64,000 nt of DNA. Source: a virus. A program made the position numbers and the translations under genes. Location of the stretch: IMG/VR virus record IMGVR_UViG_3300013093_000020, one strand, 5' to 3'. The notes beneath the pieces were generated by a model. That model saw only the letters and a list, made by a program, of their open reading frames with translations, made no database searches and was not told the DNA's origin. Shown here piece after piece: positions 47,849 to 57,416 of this stretch (position 1 is the first letter of the stretch; each line of letters opens with the position of its first letter).

Positions 47849-48619
47849 TTATTGATCAAATCCGATCAATACCGTCACTGGCGAACCAATAACACCTGAG
47901 TAGTATGGATCTGATGTAAAGTTTAGATAGTATCCTGATGCAGCTGTGAATGTCAGTGTAGTACCACTGGCAATATTTCCGCCGCTGATTGCTTTGCTAA
48001 GAGTAATACTGGTAGCACTTGTCACTGTTGCTACAGTACCTGTTTGAAGGTATGCACTGCCTGTTACAATGCTACCTTGTGGTATAGTAGCTGTGCTCGA
48101 CACTGTGATGGTTGTTGTGCCATTGTTAGCCTGTGCCGTTGTGGCCTTTGTGGCAACAGGATTTTGTGTAATTACATAGTTAGTGTTAAAAATTTGAAAC
48201 ACATTACCAATTAATACTATTAAATTTTGTCCGCCCCACGACACATTGATACTATATTGACCGGTTTGACTTCCTGATCCTGTTTGAACAACTGTGGGAG
48301 GTGCAGGATTCAACGGACCATAAAAATAGGTATATCCATCGATGTTACCAAGACTTTGCTGTGTAATACCTGTTGATTCTTTATAGCGAATAGCTCGCCA
48401 TGTAGCTGATCCACCTGTGCCCTGATAAACTTCAACTTCATGAGTTGTAGTATTGTAGCGCATCATACCTTCTGTTTGACTAGAAGTTAGTGAGTCATTG
48501 CTTTTTGGTAACACTAAGTTATCTATTGAATCTAGTTTAAAACTATTTCCAGTAGTGACACTCGCACGAGGATCATAGATTGCTCTGCGATTAAGTGTTA
48601 GTGTTTTTAAAAATCTCAT
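47849..48619 (-). CDS. Structural protein
   Basis: GMMRYNTTTHEVEVY fibre motif; operon context. Confidence 0.75.
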   Translation of the reverse strand: MRFLKTLTLNRRAIYDPRASVTTGNSFKLDSIDNLVLPKSNDSLTSSQTEGMMRYNTTTHEVEVYQGTGGSATWRAIRYKESTGITQQSLGNIDGYTYFYGPLNPAPPTVVQTGSGSQTGQYSINVSWGGQNLIVLIGNVFQIFNTNYVITQNPVATKATTAQANNGTTTITVSSTATIPQGSIVTGSAYLQTGTVATVTSATSITLSKAISGGNIASGTTLTFTAASGYYLNFTSDPYYSGVIGSPVTVLIGFDQ

Positions 48620-48620
48620 G

Positions 48621-48968
48621 TTAGACTGCCAATGTACTTAATACTACGCTAACACCAGTACCCGAATACGCAGAACTTGCTATCCCGCAGATAACGTCAT
48701 TATTACCCAGTACAAATTTTTCTTGATCAAAACTAACTGTTTCACCCGCAGGTATTGCCAATGCGCTGACTATAGTACATTCTGGATTTACATAGGCACT
48801 TTTTGTATTTGGTACAGCATATAATGTAAGATTAATAGAACTTCCGCTATTGTTACAAGCTATCATAGTTGTTATAGCGTTATTACCAGAACTAGTATAG
48901 ATAGTTGTTCCATTAGGTGTGCCGCTACTTACTGCTGTGGCTGTTATTGGTATAGCTGTCAATGCCAT
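48621..48968 (-). CDS. Small beta-rich structural protein
   Basis: TTIYTSSG..AIT...CN...IPAGET...EKFVL. Confidence 0.75.
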   Translation of the reverse strand: MALTAIPITATAVSSGTPNGTTIYTSSGNNAITTMIACNNSGSSINLTLYAVPNTKSAYVNPECTIVSALAIPAGETVSFDQEKFVLGNNDVICGIASSAYSGTGVSVVLSTLAV

Positions 48969-48978
48969 GTCTTGTTCC

Positions 48979-50175
48979 TTATAATAAAATACTTAGCAAC
49001 ACAGCTCGGTTCTTAGACACAAGTTCGTCTGATGTTGTGGTATTTGTAAAAAATATTCCAGATTTTCCAGGACCTGCACTAGTTGACTTGCTGTAAATTT
49101 TTGTCAGGCCTGTAGTAGTTGTTGGACTTGTTGTGGTATCATCAATATTCAAAACTCCATTAACTTCTACATTACCGCTAGCACTAACTAACAATAAATT
49201 GCTAGTGACTGTAGCATTTATGTATCCTGAATTGCTAGTGACTGTGAGATTCGTTCCGCCCGGACTAGTGCTGATTGTAATATTAACTCCGGATACAGAA
49301 GTTATATAATATACAGTACCTGCTGTAATTCCGCCGTATGGGCTACCTGAAAATACTATTTGAGCTCCTACTGCTAGTCCAGTGGCAGCGCTCATTGTGA
49401 TTAAATTAGGCGCTGTTGTCTGTGTCATCTGCACAGAATAAGTAGCTGTGCCCGTCGACAATGTATTGTTGTATACATTTAGATTATCAACTGTAACACC
49501 TGTAGCATTAGCTGTTAGTCTTACAGCTCCATTAACTGTTAAATCTATATGATCACTCCATGCACGACCAATTGAATTGATTGTAACATTGTTGTCGGGA
49601 GTATAATAGAATCTATCCACTTGTGCATTACCTTGATAGGCAGAAACATAGTGCTGCACCCAGTCTTTGCTAACTAATGCATTTAAATTTTGATTGAAAG
49701 TATAGTTTATACTTGATGCGTAGCTATTTTGATTTACAACACGAACTAAATTAGTTGTATTATTAAGGCTGATTAAAAAGTCATAACCCGTAGCAACACC
49801 ATAATTGGCTGCTGTTACTCCGGCAAATCCTCCACCGGCCAATGTGGCTTGCCACGAACCATAAGTATTTGTCTGTGTCTGCGGATTGTAAAATGGAATA
49901 CTTTCATTAAACAACCACTGAGCTGCAGGAGTACTTGGTCCTCGCTCTACTTCGATACCTGCTGTGCCTAATGAAATGCCATTGCCGAGCTCTCCATAAT
50001 TCAATTGAATGATGTTATCTTTAATAGTGGTATTAGAAGATTCAATGGTAGTCATCGTACCCTTGACATCTATATTACCATTAACGATAACATTGCCTGT
50101 GCCTGGGTTAAGCGAAATCGTACCGTTAGTTGAAATAACAGTATAGTTACCTTGTATCTTGACTACTCTTGACAT
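48979..50175 (-). CDS. Fibre-type structural protein
   Basis: VNGNIDVKG..T.IES....IKDNII.LN...AGIEVERG fibre motif. Confidence 0.75.
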   Translation of the reverse strand: MSRVVKIQGNYTVISTNGTISLNPGTGNVIVNGNIDVKGTMTTIESSNTTIKDNIIQLNYGELGNGISLGTAGIEVERGPSTPAAQWLFNESIPFYNPQTQTNTYGSWQATLAGGGFAGVTAANYGVATGYDFLISLNNTTNLVRVVNQNSYASSINYTFNQNLNALVSKDWVQHYVSAYQGNAQVDRFYYTPDNNVTINSIGRAWSDHIDLTVNGAVRLTANATGVTVDNLNVYNNTLSTGTATYSVQMTQTTAPNLITMSAATGLAVGAQIVFSGSPYGGITAGTVYYITSVSGVNITISTSPGGTNLTVTSNSGYINATVTSNLLLVSASGNVEVNGVLNIDDTTTSPTTTTGLTKIYSKSTSAGPGKSGIFFTNTTTSDELVSKNRAVLLSILL

Positions 50176-50214
50176 AGCGTTCCTTAGGAGGGGGTCGTAG
50201 CCCCCTATTTCCTA

Positions 50215-51213
50215 TTATACAGTTACACTAGGTTGGATATATACACCGGCTGGTGCAATAACCTTCCATGGAGCAGTTTGACCTGTTGTATATGTCCAAG
50301 GACCTGATCCGTATTGTGTGACTACTGCTCTACGAGCAGTTAGTTTTGTAATATAATATGTACCACCACCTGCATCACTAGCTGTTAAATTCATTTGACC
50401 TGCTGCCAATGAACCTGTAGCAACTGCAACCAATTTACATTGTCCAATGTATTGACCGGTGGCACCAGTCTTAACTAGATAACGATGACTTGATTCTTGT
50501 TTGATAATGTCATACTCTTGTGCGCTTCCTGAACCGGCGACATAGGCAAAACCAACTAATGATGGGCCAACTGGGAATTGTTGTGAGCTATCGCCTGAGA
50601 AAGTTGTAGTCAATGTTGGAACATTTAGGCTAGGACTTGTACCACCTAGTGTAGCCCATGTCAATGTTGGTGCTGAGTTATAACCACTACCTGCTGTTGT
50701 TACAGCAATGCTCTTAACACGGAATTTAACTGTGGCTTGTGCGTTAGAACCGCCAGCGCCTTGGATGCCCCAAGTAGTGATACCAGTTCCGTCAATGCTT
50801 GTAAATTCACCGCGACTTGTAATGTTGATAGCAGACACATTACCAGAACCGTTTGTGTTTATAGTAAGAACTGGGGTTACACTTGCTTGACCATACAATC
50901 CAACTAGAGCTGTAACAGCTGCACCTGTTTGATTAATTGTATAACCTGTATTTGTTCCACCGACAGTGATGGATTCAATTTCCCATGTAACCGCTAATAC
51001 CGCTGTTACACCAGTTGGCTCATCCGGAGCTGCAACTGTCAATGTTGGAAAATGTTTGTATGTATCGTTAATATTGATACTACCGCGACCTGCATCTGGC
51101 TGGCTAACGCTGGCAATTCCTTCGCCACCGATACCGCTGTTTACACCGATTTGACCATATGTCTCACCGGCATTTTTATTACCGAAAAATCTTTTCTTAA
51201 TTGGGCGTCCCAT
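50215..51213 (-). CDS. Structural protein after the capsid gene, possibly head decoration
   Basis: MGRPIKKRFFG start, Thr/Gly-rich, own late promoter and strong AAGGAG SD. Confidence 0.65.
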   Translation of the reverse strand: MGRPIKKRFFGNKNAGETYGQIGVNSGIGGEGIASVSQPDAGRGSININDTYKHFPTLTVAAPDEPTGVTAVLAVTWEIESITVGGTNTGYTINQTGAAVTALVGLYGQASVTPVLTINTNGSGNVSAINITSRGEFTSIDGTGITTWGIQGAGGSNAQATVKFRVKSIAVTTAGSGYNSAPTLTWATLGGTSPSLNVPTLTTTFSGDSSQQFPVGPSLVGFAYVAGSGSAQEYDIIKQESSHRYLVKTGATGQYIGQCKLVAVATGSLAAGQMNLTASDAGGGTYYITKLTARRAVVTQYGSGPWTYTTGQTAPWKVIAPAGVYIQPSVTV

Positions 51214-51240
51214 TTTGTTTCTCCTTAGTTGATTTGTGTC

Positions 51241-51298
51241 TAGCGTTCTAGGCTATACGCGGTTGGGGTTCCGCATAAACTCACCCTATGTGAGCGGA
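51241..51298 (-). ncRNA. Candidate structured 5' leader (three hairpins)
   Basis: CUCAC/GUGAG, UAUGCGG/CCGCGUA and UAGC/GCUA stems between the late promoter and the SD. Confidence 0.45.
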
Positions 51299-51317
51299 CA
51301 ATGTATTTATGCTAGTC

Positions 51318-51346
51318 AAGAGAAAGCCTACCGAAGTAGGCTTTTT
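51318..51346 (-). terminator. Terminator after the major capsid gene
   Basis: AAAGCCTAC-TTCG-GTAGGCTTT stem with C(UUCG)G loop, followed by a U-rich tail. Confidence 0.9.
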
Positions 51347-51366
51347 CATGTTTCTAAAGTAACGGA

Positions 51367-52536
51367 TTACTTGAATGAAACGTTTGCAATGCTTACACGA
51401 CCTAGATAGTCAGCAGCGTTACCTAGAGAAGAAGCAGTATTGCTTAACTCTACATAACCGTACCTAGTCATAAATGATACGACTGGTTCGAATGTGCTTG
51501 GATCTAGAACAACACCGCTTGACATCAATGGGATGTATGGGCAGTAGAAAGCTGCTGCATCACTCTCGCTTGCACCCTTGTAACCGATAAGAATATCAGT
51601 TGAGTCAGCTGAGTAGCTGTTTACATAAACTTTCATTGCGTTGTTTAGTGTACCAACTAACTTGGTGTTTGTTGGAGCTTCGAAAGTACCTTCTGTTGTA
51701 CGAGCAAATGCGCTTGTAGTAGCAGATTGTAAAATTGTCAAAGCAAATGGACTTACAACAGCCCAGTTACCGGCACCACGACGTGTACGCTGAGCAATTA
51801 AGTTAGCAACACGGTTGATTTGGATAGCTAGGGCAGCATGTTCGTCACCAACGAATGTTGCTGTACCAGAAACTTGTGATTGATCAAAAGTTTCAACTGC
51901 TGTACCTGCCAAGCTGTATAGGCTTGCTAGGATTTCTTGGTCAATTTCAGCAGTAATTTCTTGTGCTAGAGCTGCCATAACTTCAGCTTCGATATCAATA
52001 CCTTGCTGAGCTTGTGCATCTTGAGCAGCTTCAAAAGTCCAACGAGCTGATAGCTTACGAGTCTTAGCTTCAACTGTTTGTTTCAAGATTTGAATGCTCA
52101 TTCTGTTGCCAGGCAAACCTTCCAACGTTGCTGTTGAAGTTGCTTTACCTGCGGCTGTACCAGAATAGCCTTCAGCTATCTTGAATGGGCTTAGAGCCTC
52201 TTCGCCTGCTGCTATGCTTGGTGAACCACTTCCTGTGAAGTTGTCAGCGTAACGAACACGCAAAGTGTGGATTTGACCCACTGGACCAGTCATTGGTTGT
52301 ACACCTAGTAATTCGTTAGCAATAACGGTAGGCATAACACGGCGGATTACTGGAAGAATCACGCGGTTTAATGTTGCGACGTTGCCGGCAGAAGTGGCAC
52401 CAGCTGTTCCTGCTTCCATCAAATACTTGCGAGTATTTTCTAGAGTAGCGTTCATAACTGATTTTTTAGTGCCTTGTAAGCCTTCTAATAGGGCTTCTTT
52501 TGTTTCTACCCAACGGCTTGATAGTAGTTCAGACAT
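51367..52536 (-). CDS. gp23: Major capsid protein
   Basis: VIRRVMP...GVQPMTGPVGQI, VEAKTRKLSARWTFEAAQD, EITAEID, FYCPYIPL and MTRYG. Confidence 0.97.
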   Translation of the reverse strand: MSELLSSRWVETKEALLEGLQGTKKSVMNATLENTRKYLMEAGTAGATSAGNVATLNRVILPVIRRVMPTVIANELLGVQPMTGPVGQIHTLRVRYADNFTGSGSPSIAAGEEALSPFKIAEGYSGTAAGKATSTATLEGLPGNRMSIQILKQTVEAKTRKLSARWTFEAAQDAQAQQGIDIEAEVMAALAQEITAEIDQEILASLYSLAGTAVETFDQSQVSGTATFVGDEHAALAIQINRVANLIAQRTRRGAGNWAVVSPFALTILQSATTSAFARTTEGTFEAPTNTKLVGTLNNAMKVYVNSYSADSTDILIGYKGASESDAAAFYCPYIPLMSSGVVLDPSTFEPVVSFMTRYGYVELSNTASSLGNAADYLGRVSIANVSFK

Positions 52537-52547
52537 TTAATTTCTCC

Positions 52548-53642
52548 TTAAAATTTTAGTCCAGCTAGACGACGGATATCGATAATATTACCTTCGTCCG
52601 CGCTGCTACGGTTGCTGTTGGAAATTTTATTTCCTGTAATCTCTTTAGCCTCAGTAAGTGCCTGTTTCTTCTGCGGAGCTTTGCCAGCTACTACAGCTGG
52701 TAGATACTTGTCAAAACTTTCATAAAGTTTTGTCGTTTTCACGCTCTCCATTAACTCGCTCATGATTTCTTTTTGTTCGGTGTTTAAAGGACCTAACAAC
52801 TCGCTCATGATTTGTTTACGTTCTTGCGATTCTTTTAGAGTCGCAACTTCTGCATGTTTACTTTCTAACAAAGCCTCAGCTTCGGCAACAGCTTGTTCAG
52901 CTTCGCGGATAGCTTGCTCTTTCATGTCTATGACCTTGAGTAATTTTGCAGTTTCGGACTTCTCGTTTAGGTAACTGTTTTGATATTCTGAAGCATAAGC
53001 TTCGAATAACTTACGACCAAAATCATTACGACGAGCTGCATCAATGTCTTCTTTCAAGCTGTGTAGTTCAGAACGGAGTCCTTCGCTAACAACTGATTCA
53101 ACTTTTTGTGCGGCACGCTTAACGAAATCAGTCTTTACCTTAGCAAGCTGTTCGCGTCCTTCGCGGACTAAACGTACTTTGGTTTCTGCCAAATCTTGTT
53201 TGTCTTTGTAAAACTCAGCGATTTCTTGTGCTAGAGCTTCAACAACAAATTGTTCTAATTTACCAAACTTATCAGCCATTTCAACTTGATCTTCGTGTAG
53301 TTCACGAACTTCAGAAGCTAGTTGACGAGTAATAAATTCTTTTACTACTTCGCTATCTTTCTTCATTTTCTTTGCTAGCTTAACTTTCATTTCAGCTAGG
53401 GCCTTACGATCTTCAGCAAATTCTACAACCTCAGCTGATAATTGATCAGTGACCATACGGTCAATGGCTTCAATCATTACACTGCGATCGTGCTCATATT
53501 TTTGAGCGAACTCTTCGCGCAATTGACTAGCTACTAGTTCGCGATTCTCTGTGATCTTCGCGTCCCATGCTTGTTCAATGCTTTGTTGGATCTCTTCAGA
53601 AATCACATTGTTTTCAAATAACTGTTTTAGTGCGTCCAACAT
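52548..53642 (-). CDS. gp22: Prohead scaffold/core protein
   Basis: Glu-rich coiled coil between protease and capsid; GRKLFEAY..E. Confidence 0.85.
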   Translation of the reverse strand: MLDALKQLFENNVISEEIQQSIEQAWDAKITENRELVASQLREEFAQKYEHDRSVMIEAIDRMVTDQLSAEVVEFAEDRKALAEMKVKLAKKMKKDSEVVKEFITRQLASEVRELHEDQVEMADKFGKLEQFVVEALAQEIAEFYKDKQDLAETKVRLVREGREQLAKVKTDFVKRAAQKVESVVSEGLRSELHSLKEDIDAARRNDFGRKLFEAYASEYQNSYLNEKSETAKLLKVIDMKEQAIREAEQAVAEAEALLESKHAEVATLKESQERKQIMSELLGPLNTEQKEIMSELMESVKTTKLYESFDKYLPAVVAGKAPQKKQALTEAKEITGNKISNSNRSSADEGNIIDIRRLAGLKF

Positions 53643-53655
53643 GTGATTCTCCTTA

Positions 53656-54282
53656 TTATTGGAGTTTGCTTATTATACCTAATAAGCTCTCTTTTAGATA
53701 TTTTTGTGCTTTAGGATCACCCTTGACCTCTTGCGCTATGCGCAAGCTTCTAAGTCCACCGCGATTGTTCATCAAGTGTTCATAGATTGGTGTAGGATAT
53801 GCACCCGGTGCACTGGGTTGAGCTACCATATCTACCGTGATAATCTCAAAATCTGATACTTCACCGGAACCGTCTTCTTTGACATTTCCAGATCCGCGAC
53901 TGCTTACTCCTAATTTCACACCGCTTTCAAGCATAGTGCGAATTAGTTGTCCCATCGGTGTAGGTAAAATTTTCATTTTACCGTACCCATTTGGACCGTC
54001 CATCCACATTTGAGTTATCATATGGGACACACGGTCTAGGTTAATTTTTAGGTCATCTGGATGATCCACTTCACCAAGCACTGAATAACCGTTTTGAATC
54101 TGATCATTGAGAGTCTTGACAGCCTTGCCAATCTCGCTCACAGGATAAACTCGTTGATTTGCGTTTCTGATTCCGCCTTGGATACAGATACCGCTCATGT
54201 ACAAGTTTTTCCCATCTTTCTCGTCTGACTCGACGATCATTTTAGCTTGGTCGAAACTTAAATTTTCTCTTAAGTGAAACAT
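53656..54282 (-). CDS. gp21: Prohead protease
   Basis: NANQRVYP, GEVDHP, RVSH, PTPMG, GVSSRGSG and D.VAQPSAPGA. Confidence 0.96.
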   Translation of the reverse strand: MFHLRENLSFDQAKMIVESDEKDGKNLYMSGICIQGGIRNANQRVYPVSEIGKAVKTLNDQIQNGYSVLGEVDHPDDLKINLDRVSHMITQMWMDGPNGYGKMKILPTPMGQLIRTMLESGVKLGVSSRGSGNVKEDGSGEVSDFEIITVDMVAQPSAPGAYPTPIYEHLMNNRGGLRSLRIAQEVKGDPKAQKYLKESLLGIISKLQ

Positions 54283-54296
54283 CTATAAGGGCCTAA

Positions 54297-55298
54297 TTAA
54301 CGAACTTTCTTACCGTTGATTACAGTATTTTTACTGTCATCAACAAAACCTTGGCTGTGAGCGCCGGTTCCGACCATTCCGCCTTTACCGCCTTTCTTCT
54401 CTGCGCCATGTCCGTCTGTTACTTTCTTAGTAAATGCTTTTGTAGATGTCTTTCCTGGGGCACTATTTTGCTCCCAATCTGTACCAGTAAACTGTGTACC
54501 TGACTCTTGAGCAATACCCTTCATGTGCTTGTTAGGTGTTGTACCGTTTGGATCTTTTTCAGCAAAGTTCTGAGCAATATTCTTTGTTGAACCGCCCATG
54601 TTGTTTACCATTTTACCACTTACTGTACTTTGACGGTTAAATGCAGCTTTCATACCGCCGCCTGTGTTAGCACCTACATTGTGGTCTGCTGTACTAGCAA
54701 CTTTACCACCTTTGTATGGCTCACCAACTTTAACCATTTCTACACCTTCCATGAAAGACATTTCGTCTTCTTGGCTGCCCATTCCCATGTCGTTTGCCAT
54801 GTCTGTATCTGGCATTCCGTCACCGTGGATACCTGGGTGCTCATGTTCTTCGTGTTCTTCACCAGCCATTAGCTGTTCAAATTCTGCTTTTAGATCTTCC
54901 AAGGCGTCTTCTAGATCCATAACGCGGTCTTCTAACCCCTCGTCACCTTCTCCGCCTTCTTCGCCGTCATCTTCTGTGTCGTCAATGAAATCGTCGCCGG
55001 CATCACCGCCAACTTCACCATCGTCGTCTGACTCTTCACTGTCATCTGACTCTTCGCCATCATCTGACTCTTCACTGTCATCGCTTTCTTCTTCAGAACT
55101 TTCTTCTTCTGAACCTTCGTCGTCTTTAGCGAATGGGTTTGAATCACCTTCTGACAAGCTAAAATCGCTTTCTAGTAATTCTTGATAAATTTCGCGGCTT
55201 TTTGCAACCACTATATTATGAAATATTTCTTTTGCTGTTTCTTGATCTTCGTTGATCAATGCCTCAAGCATGGCTTCAAATTGGGTACGATCAGTCAT
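54297..55298 (-). CDS. Acidic prohead core-like protein
   Basis: Highly Asp/Glu-rich; occupies the position of T4 gp67/gp68 between portal and protease. Confidence 0.65.
   Translation of the reverse strand: MTDRTQFEAMLEALINEDQETAKEIFHNIVVAKSREIYQELLESDFSLSEGDSNPFAKDDEGSEEESSEEESDDSEESDDGEESDDSEESDDDGEVGGDAGDDFIDDTEDDGEEGGEGDEGLEDRVMDLEDALEDLKAEFEQLMAGEEHEEHEHPGIHGDGMPDTDMANDMGMGSQEDEMSFMEGVEMVKVGEPYKGGKVASTADHNVGANTGGGMKAAFNRQSTVSGKMVNNMGGSTKNIAQNFAEKDPNGTTPNKHMKGIAQESGTQFTGTDWEQNSAPGKTSTKAFTKKVTDGHGAEKKGGKGGMVGTGAHSQGFVDDSKNTVINGKKVR
55020..55091 (-). repeat. Four imperfect 18-nt tandem repeats coding EESDD(S/G/D)
   Basis: GAAGAAAGCGATGACAGT GAAGAGTCAGATGATGGC GAAGAGTCAGATGACAGT GAAGAGTCAGACGACGAT. 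Confidence 0.8.
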
Positions 55299-55399
55299 GT
55301 TAAAAGTCTCCTGTGATGGTTGTACAAGGCTGTAAGATATTTACAACTTATGGGTAAAAAGAGGTGCAATATGCCATAAAAACGACATATTTTGATAAT

Positions 55400-55639
55400 T
55401 TATACAGTTTGTTGCGGTGGCGTGTAGTACATGCTATGTATAAACGCTAACTCCTGTTCTTGCTCTAAGATATGAGCTTCGCTTGCTTTACGCAGTTCAT
55501 TGATCTGTTTCAAACTAAGCCTAGTCTTGCGAGTATCATTGCGCAACATGACATCGCTGTCACGCTTAGGCTCATAACGCAAATCATTAGATGTGCGCCT
55601 TGTTTCAGGATCAATATAAAAAAGCTCTCTTAGGATCAT
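55400..55639 (-). CDS. Small hypothetical head-module protein
   Basis: 79 aa, DTRKTRLSLKQINELRK; late promoter overlaps the portal stop codon. Confidence 0.75.
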   Translation of the reverse strand: MILRELFYIDPETRRTSNDLRYEPKRDSDVMLRNDTRKTRLSLKQINELRKASEAHILEQEQELAFIHSMYYTPPQQTV

Positions 55640-55646
55640 GCTTTAT

Positions 55647-57413
55647 TTATGCAGCTGGAGGTGTTCCAGCACCACCCGGTGCCATTCCCGGAGCTGCAGG
55701 TGCTGCTCCAGCGCCGGCTGCGGCAGCTTCGTCAGCTGGATTAGTCATACCTTCTGGTGCTTCTAGGTCGCCAGCAGTACTCATGTCGCTATCGATGCCG
55801 GCAGAACTGAGTCCTGCACTACGCAATTCTCCGCTAGAATCAGTATGTGTAGGTTCACCTTTACCTGCTTCCTCGGCCCACATGCGTTCATTTTCTGCCA
55901 TTTCTTCGTCGGTTAATCCTAAGAAACGCTTGAGTGCAAAACGCTTGCTCATGTAGGGAATAGCTTGTACTGTATTAAATGTATTGATGCGCTCAGTGTC
56001 CATAGCAGCTTGACGACTGCTAGCAAAGTTCATTGGCGGATTGAACTTCAACTCAAATAAACTTGTATCTATGTTAAGTCCTTTTGAGTAAACAAATCGT
56101 TTAAATTCTAAATCAAAGCGTTCTGTAAGCAACATTTGTAAGCGTTCACAGTACTTGTTGAAGCGCAATTCTTGGATATAAGCTGTTCCCACACGCCCGT
56201 CATTGTAACTGCTTTGACTGTCTTCAGCGCCTGTTGGCAAATAACTGCTAGGAATACGCAAGCCACGGAATAATTTATTAGTAAAATATTTTAAGTCTTC
56301 AATTTCGCCCAAATTTGTTCCGCCTGGCAGTGTTTCTACCTTAGATCCACGACCATCTGCGGTGCTTGGGAAGAAATAATCTTCATTAATACTCAATGGA
56401 TTATAAGCACTGTCTATGACATTGGCTCCACCACCAGTCTGGCTAGGTATGCGTCGTTGATGTATTTCATTCTTTACACGCTCGACAAATGCCATAGCCA
56501 TGTGTGCAGGCATATTTCCAACGTCTACATGGAAAACTCTGCGTTCTGGTGCTCGTTGTATACGATAAATGATAATCGCATCCTCTAGTAGTTCTTTCTG
56601 CTTGTAGACTTTGAAGACATCTTCAAGCAGGCTAGTACCAAAAGGATACATGTTGTCTAGCCCTTCGCTTAGGCTTAGATGTATCACATGCTCGGCATTG
56701 ATAGCATGTTCAGTTTGTCCCATGCTGAAGCGGCTGCCTGTACCGCTTTGTGGGAAACTACCGGCTCCACGAGCTTGCGATCCCGAACCTAGATAACCTG
56801 ATCCGCCACCGCCTGACCCACTACCGCCGGCCATTTCTCTAGGATTAACATTAGGTGTAATTTGAGTAGCAACTAGATTTTCAAAGTTAGGCGCCAGATC
56901 TTTGATAATGTATTGTTCTGGCTTTTTACCGTCACTTTCATTGACAATTACTTTAGTAACTTTGCTAGGATCAACATAGACCCATTTCTGTGTTTCTGGA
57001 TCGCGAATAAAAAATGCATCACCGTATTTGAATGTGTTACGGAAGATACGGAATATTCTTGTGTCAAATTTTTGTAGCTTTGACCACTGTTGTAGGTACT
57101 CGCCTAGGATCTTAATTTCACTATTTGTAGCCTTGTGGCGCCAAAAAACTTGAAAAGGTGTCTTACCATCTTTGTTCTTCTGTGTGCAGAATTCTGCTAG
57201 AATATCTAAGGCAGCATTAATTTCAGGATCGCTATCCATGGTCTCATACTGCATGTAACGCTCTGCACGATTAGGTGCTCCGGCGTATACATCTGGTAGA
57301 TAACTTGAATAATTTGAACGAGCAGGTCCAGCTCTATTGCTAGAATTAATGCCACTGACCGGGCTCATTATTGTGCCAACGGGTGCTGGGCTAAAATATT
57401 TTTTCCAACTCAT
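55647..57413 (-). CDS. gp20: Portal vertex protein
   Basis: LLEDAIIIYRIQRAPERRVFHVDVGNMP, EDYFFP, VETLPGG.NLGEI.D..YF. Confidence 0.97.
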   Translation of the reverse strand: MSWKKYFSPAPVGTIMSPVSGINSSNRAGPARSNYSSYLPDVYAGAPNRAERYMQYETMDSDPEINAALDILAEFCTQKNKDGKTPFQVFWRHKATNSEIKILGEYLQQWSKLQKFDTRIFRIFRNTFKYGDAFFIRDPETQKWVYVDPSKVTKVIVNESDGKKPEQYIIKDLAPNFENLVATQITPNVNPREMAGGSGSGGGGSGYLGSGSQARGAGSFPQSGTGSRFSMGQTEHAINAEHVIHLSLSEGLDNMYPFGTSLLEDVFKVYKQKELLEDAIIIYRIQRAPERRVFHVDVGNMPAHMAMAFVERVKNEIHQRRIPSQTGGGANVIDSAYNPLSINEDYFFPSTADGRGSKVETLPGGTNLGEIEDLKYFTNKLFRGLRIPSSYLPTGAEDSQSSYNDGRVGTAYIQELRFNKYCERLQMLLTERFDLEFKRFVYSKGLNIDTSLFELKFNPPMNFASSRQAAMDTERINTFNTVQAIPYMSKRFALKRFLGLTDEEMAENERMWAEEAGKGEPTHTDSSGELRSAGLSSAGIDSDMSTAGDLEAPEGMTNPADEAAAAGAGAAPAAPGMAPGGAGTPPAA

Positions 57414-57416
57414 TCT

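Noticed and set aside
50189-50206. AGGGGG/CCCCCT hairpin as a terminator
   Set aside because: There is no U-tract on the coding strand and it sits just before the next SD; at most a processing or stability hairpin.
55020-55091. 18-nt tandem repeat as a functional DNA element
   Set aside because: It is an in-frame expansion of a low-complexity acidic linker.
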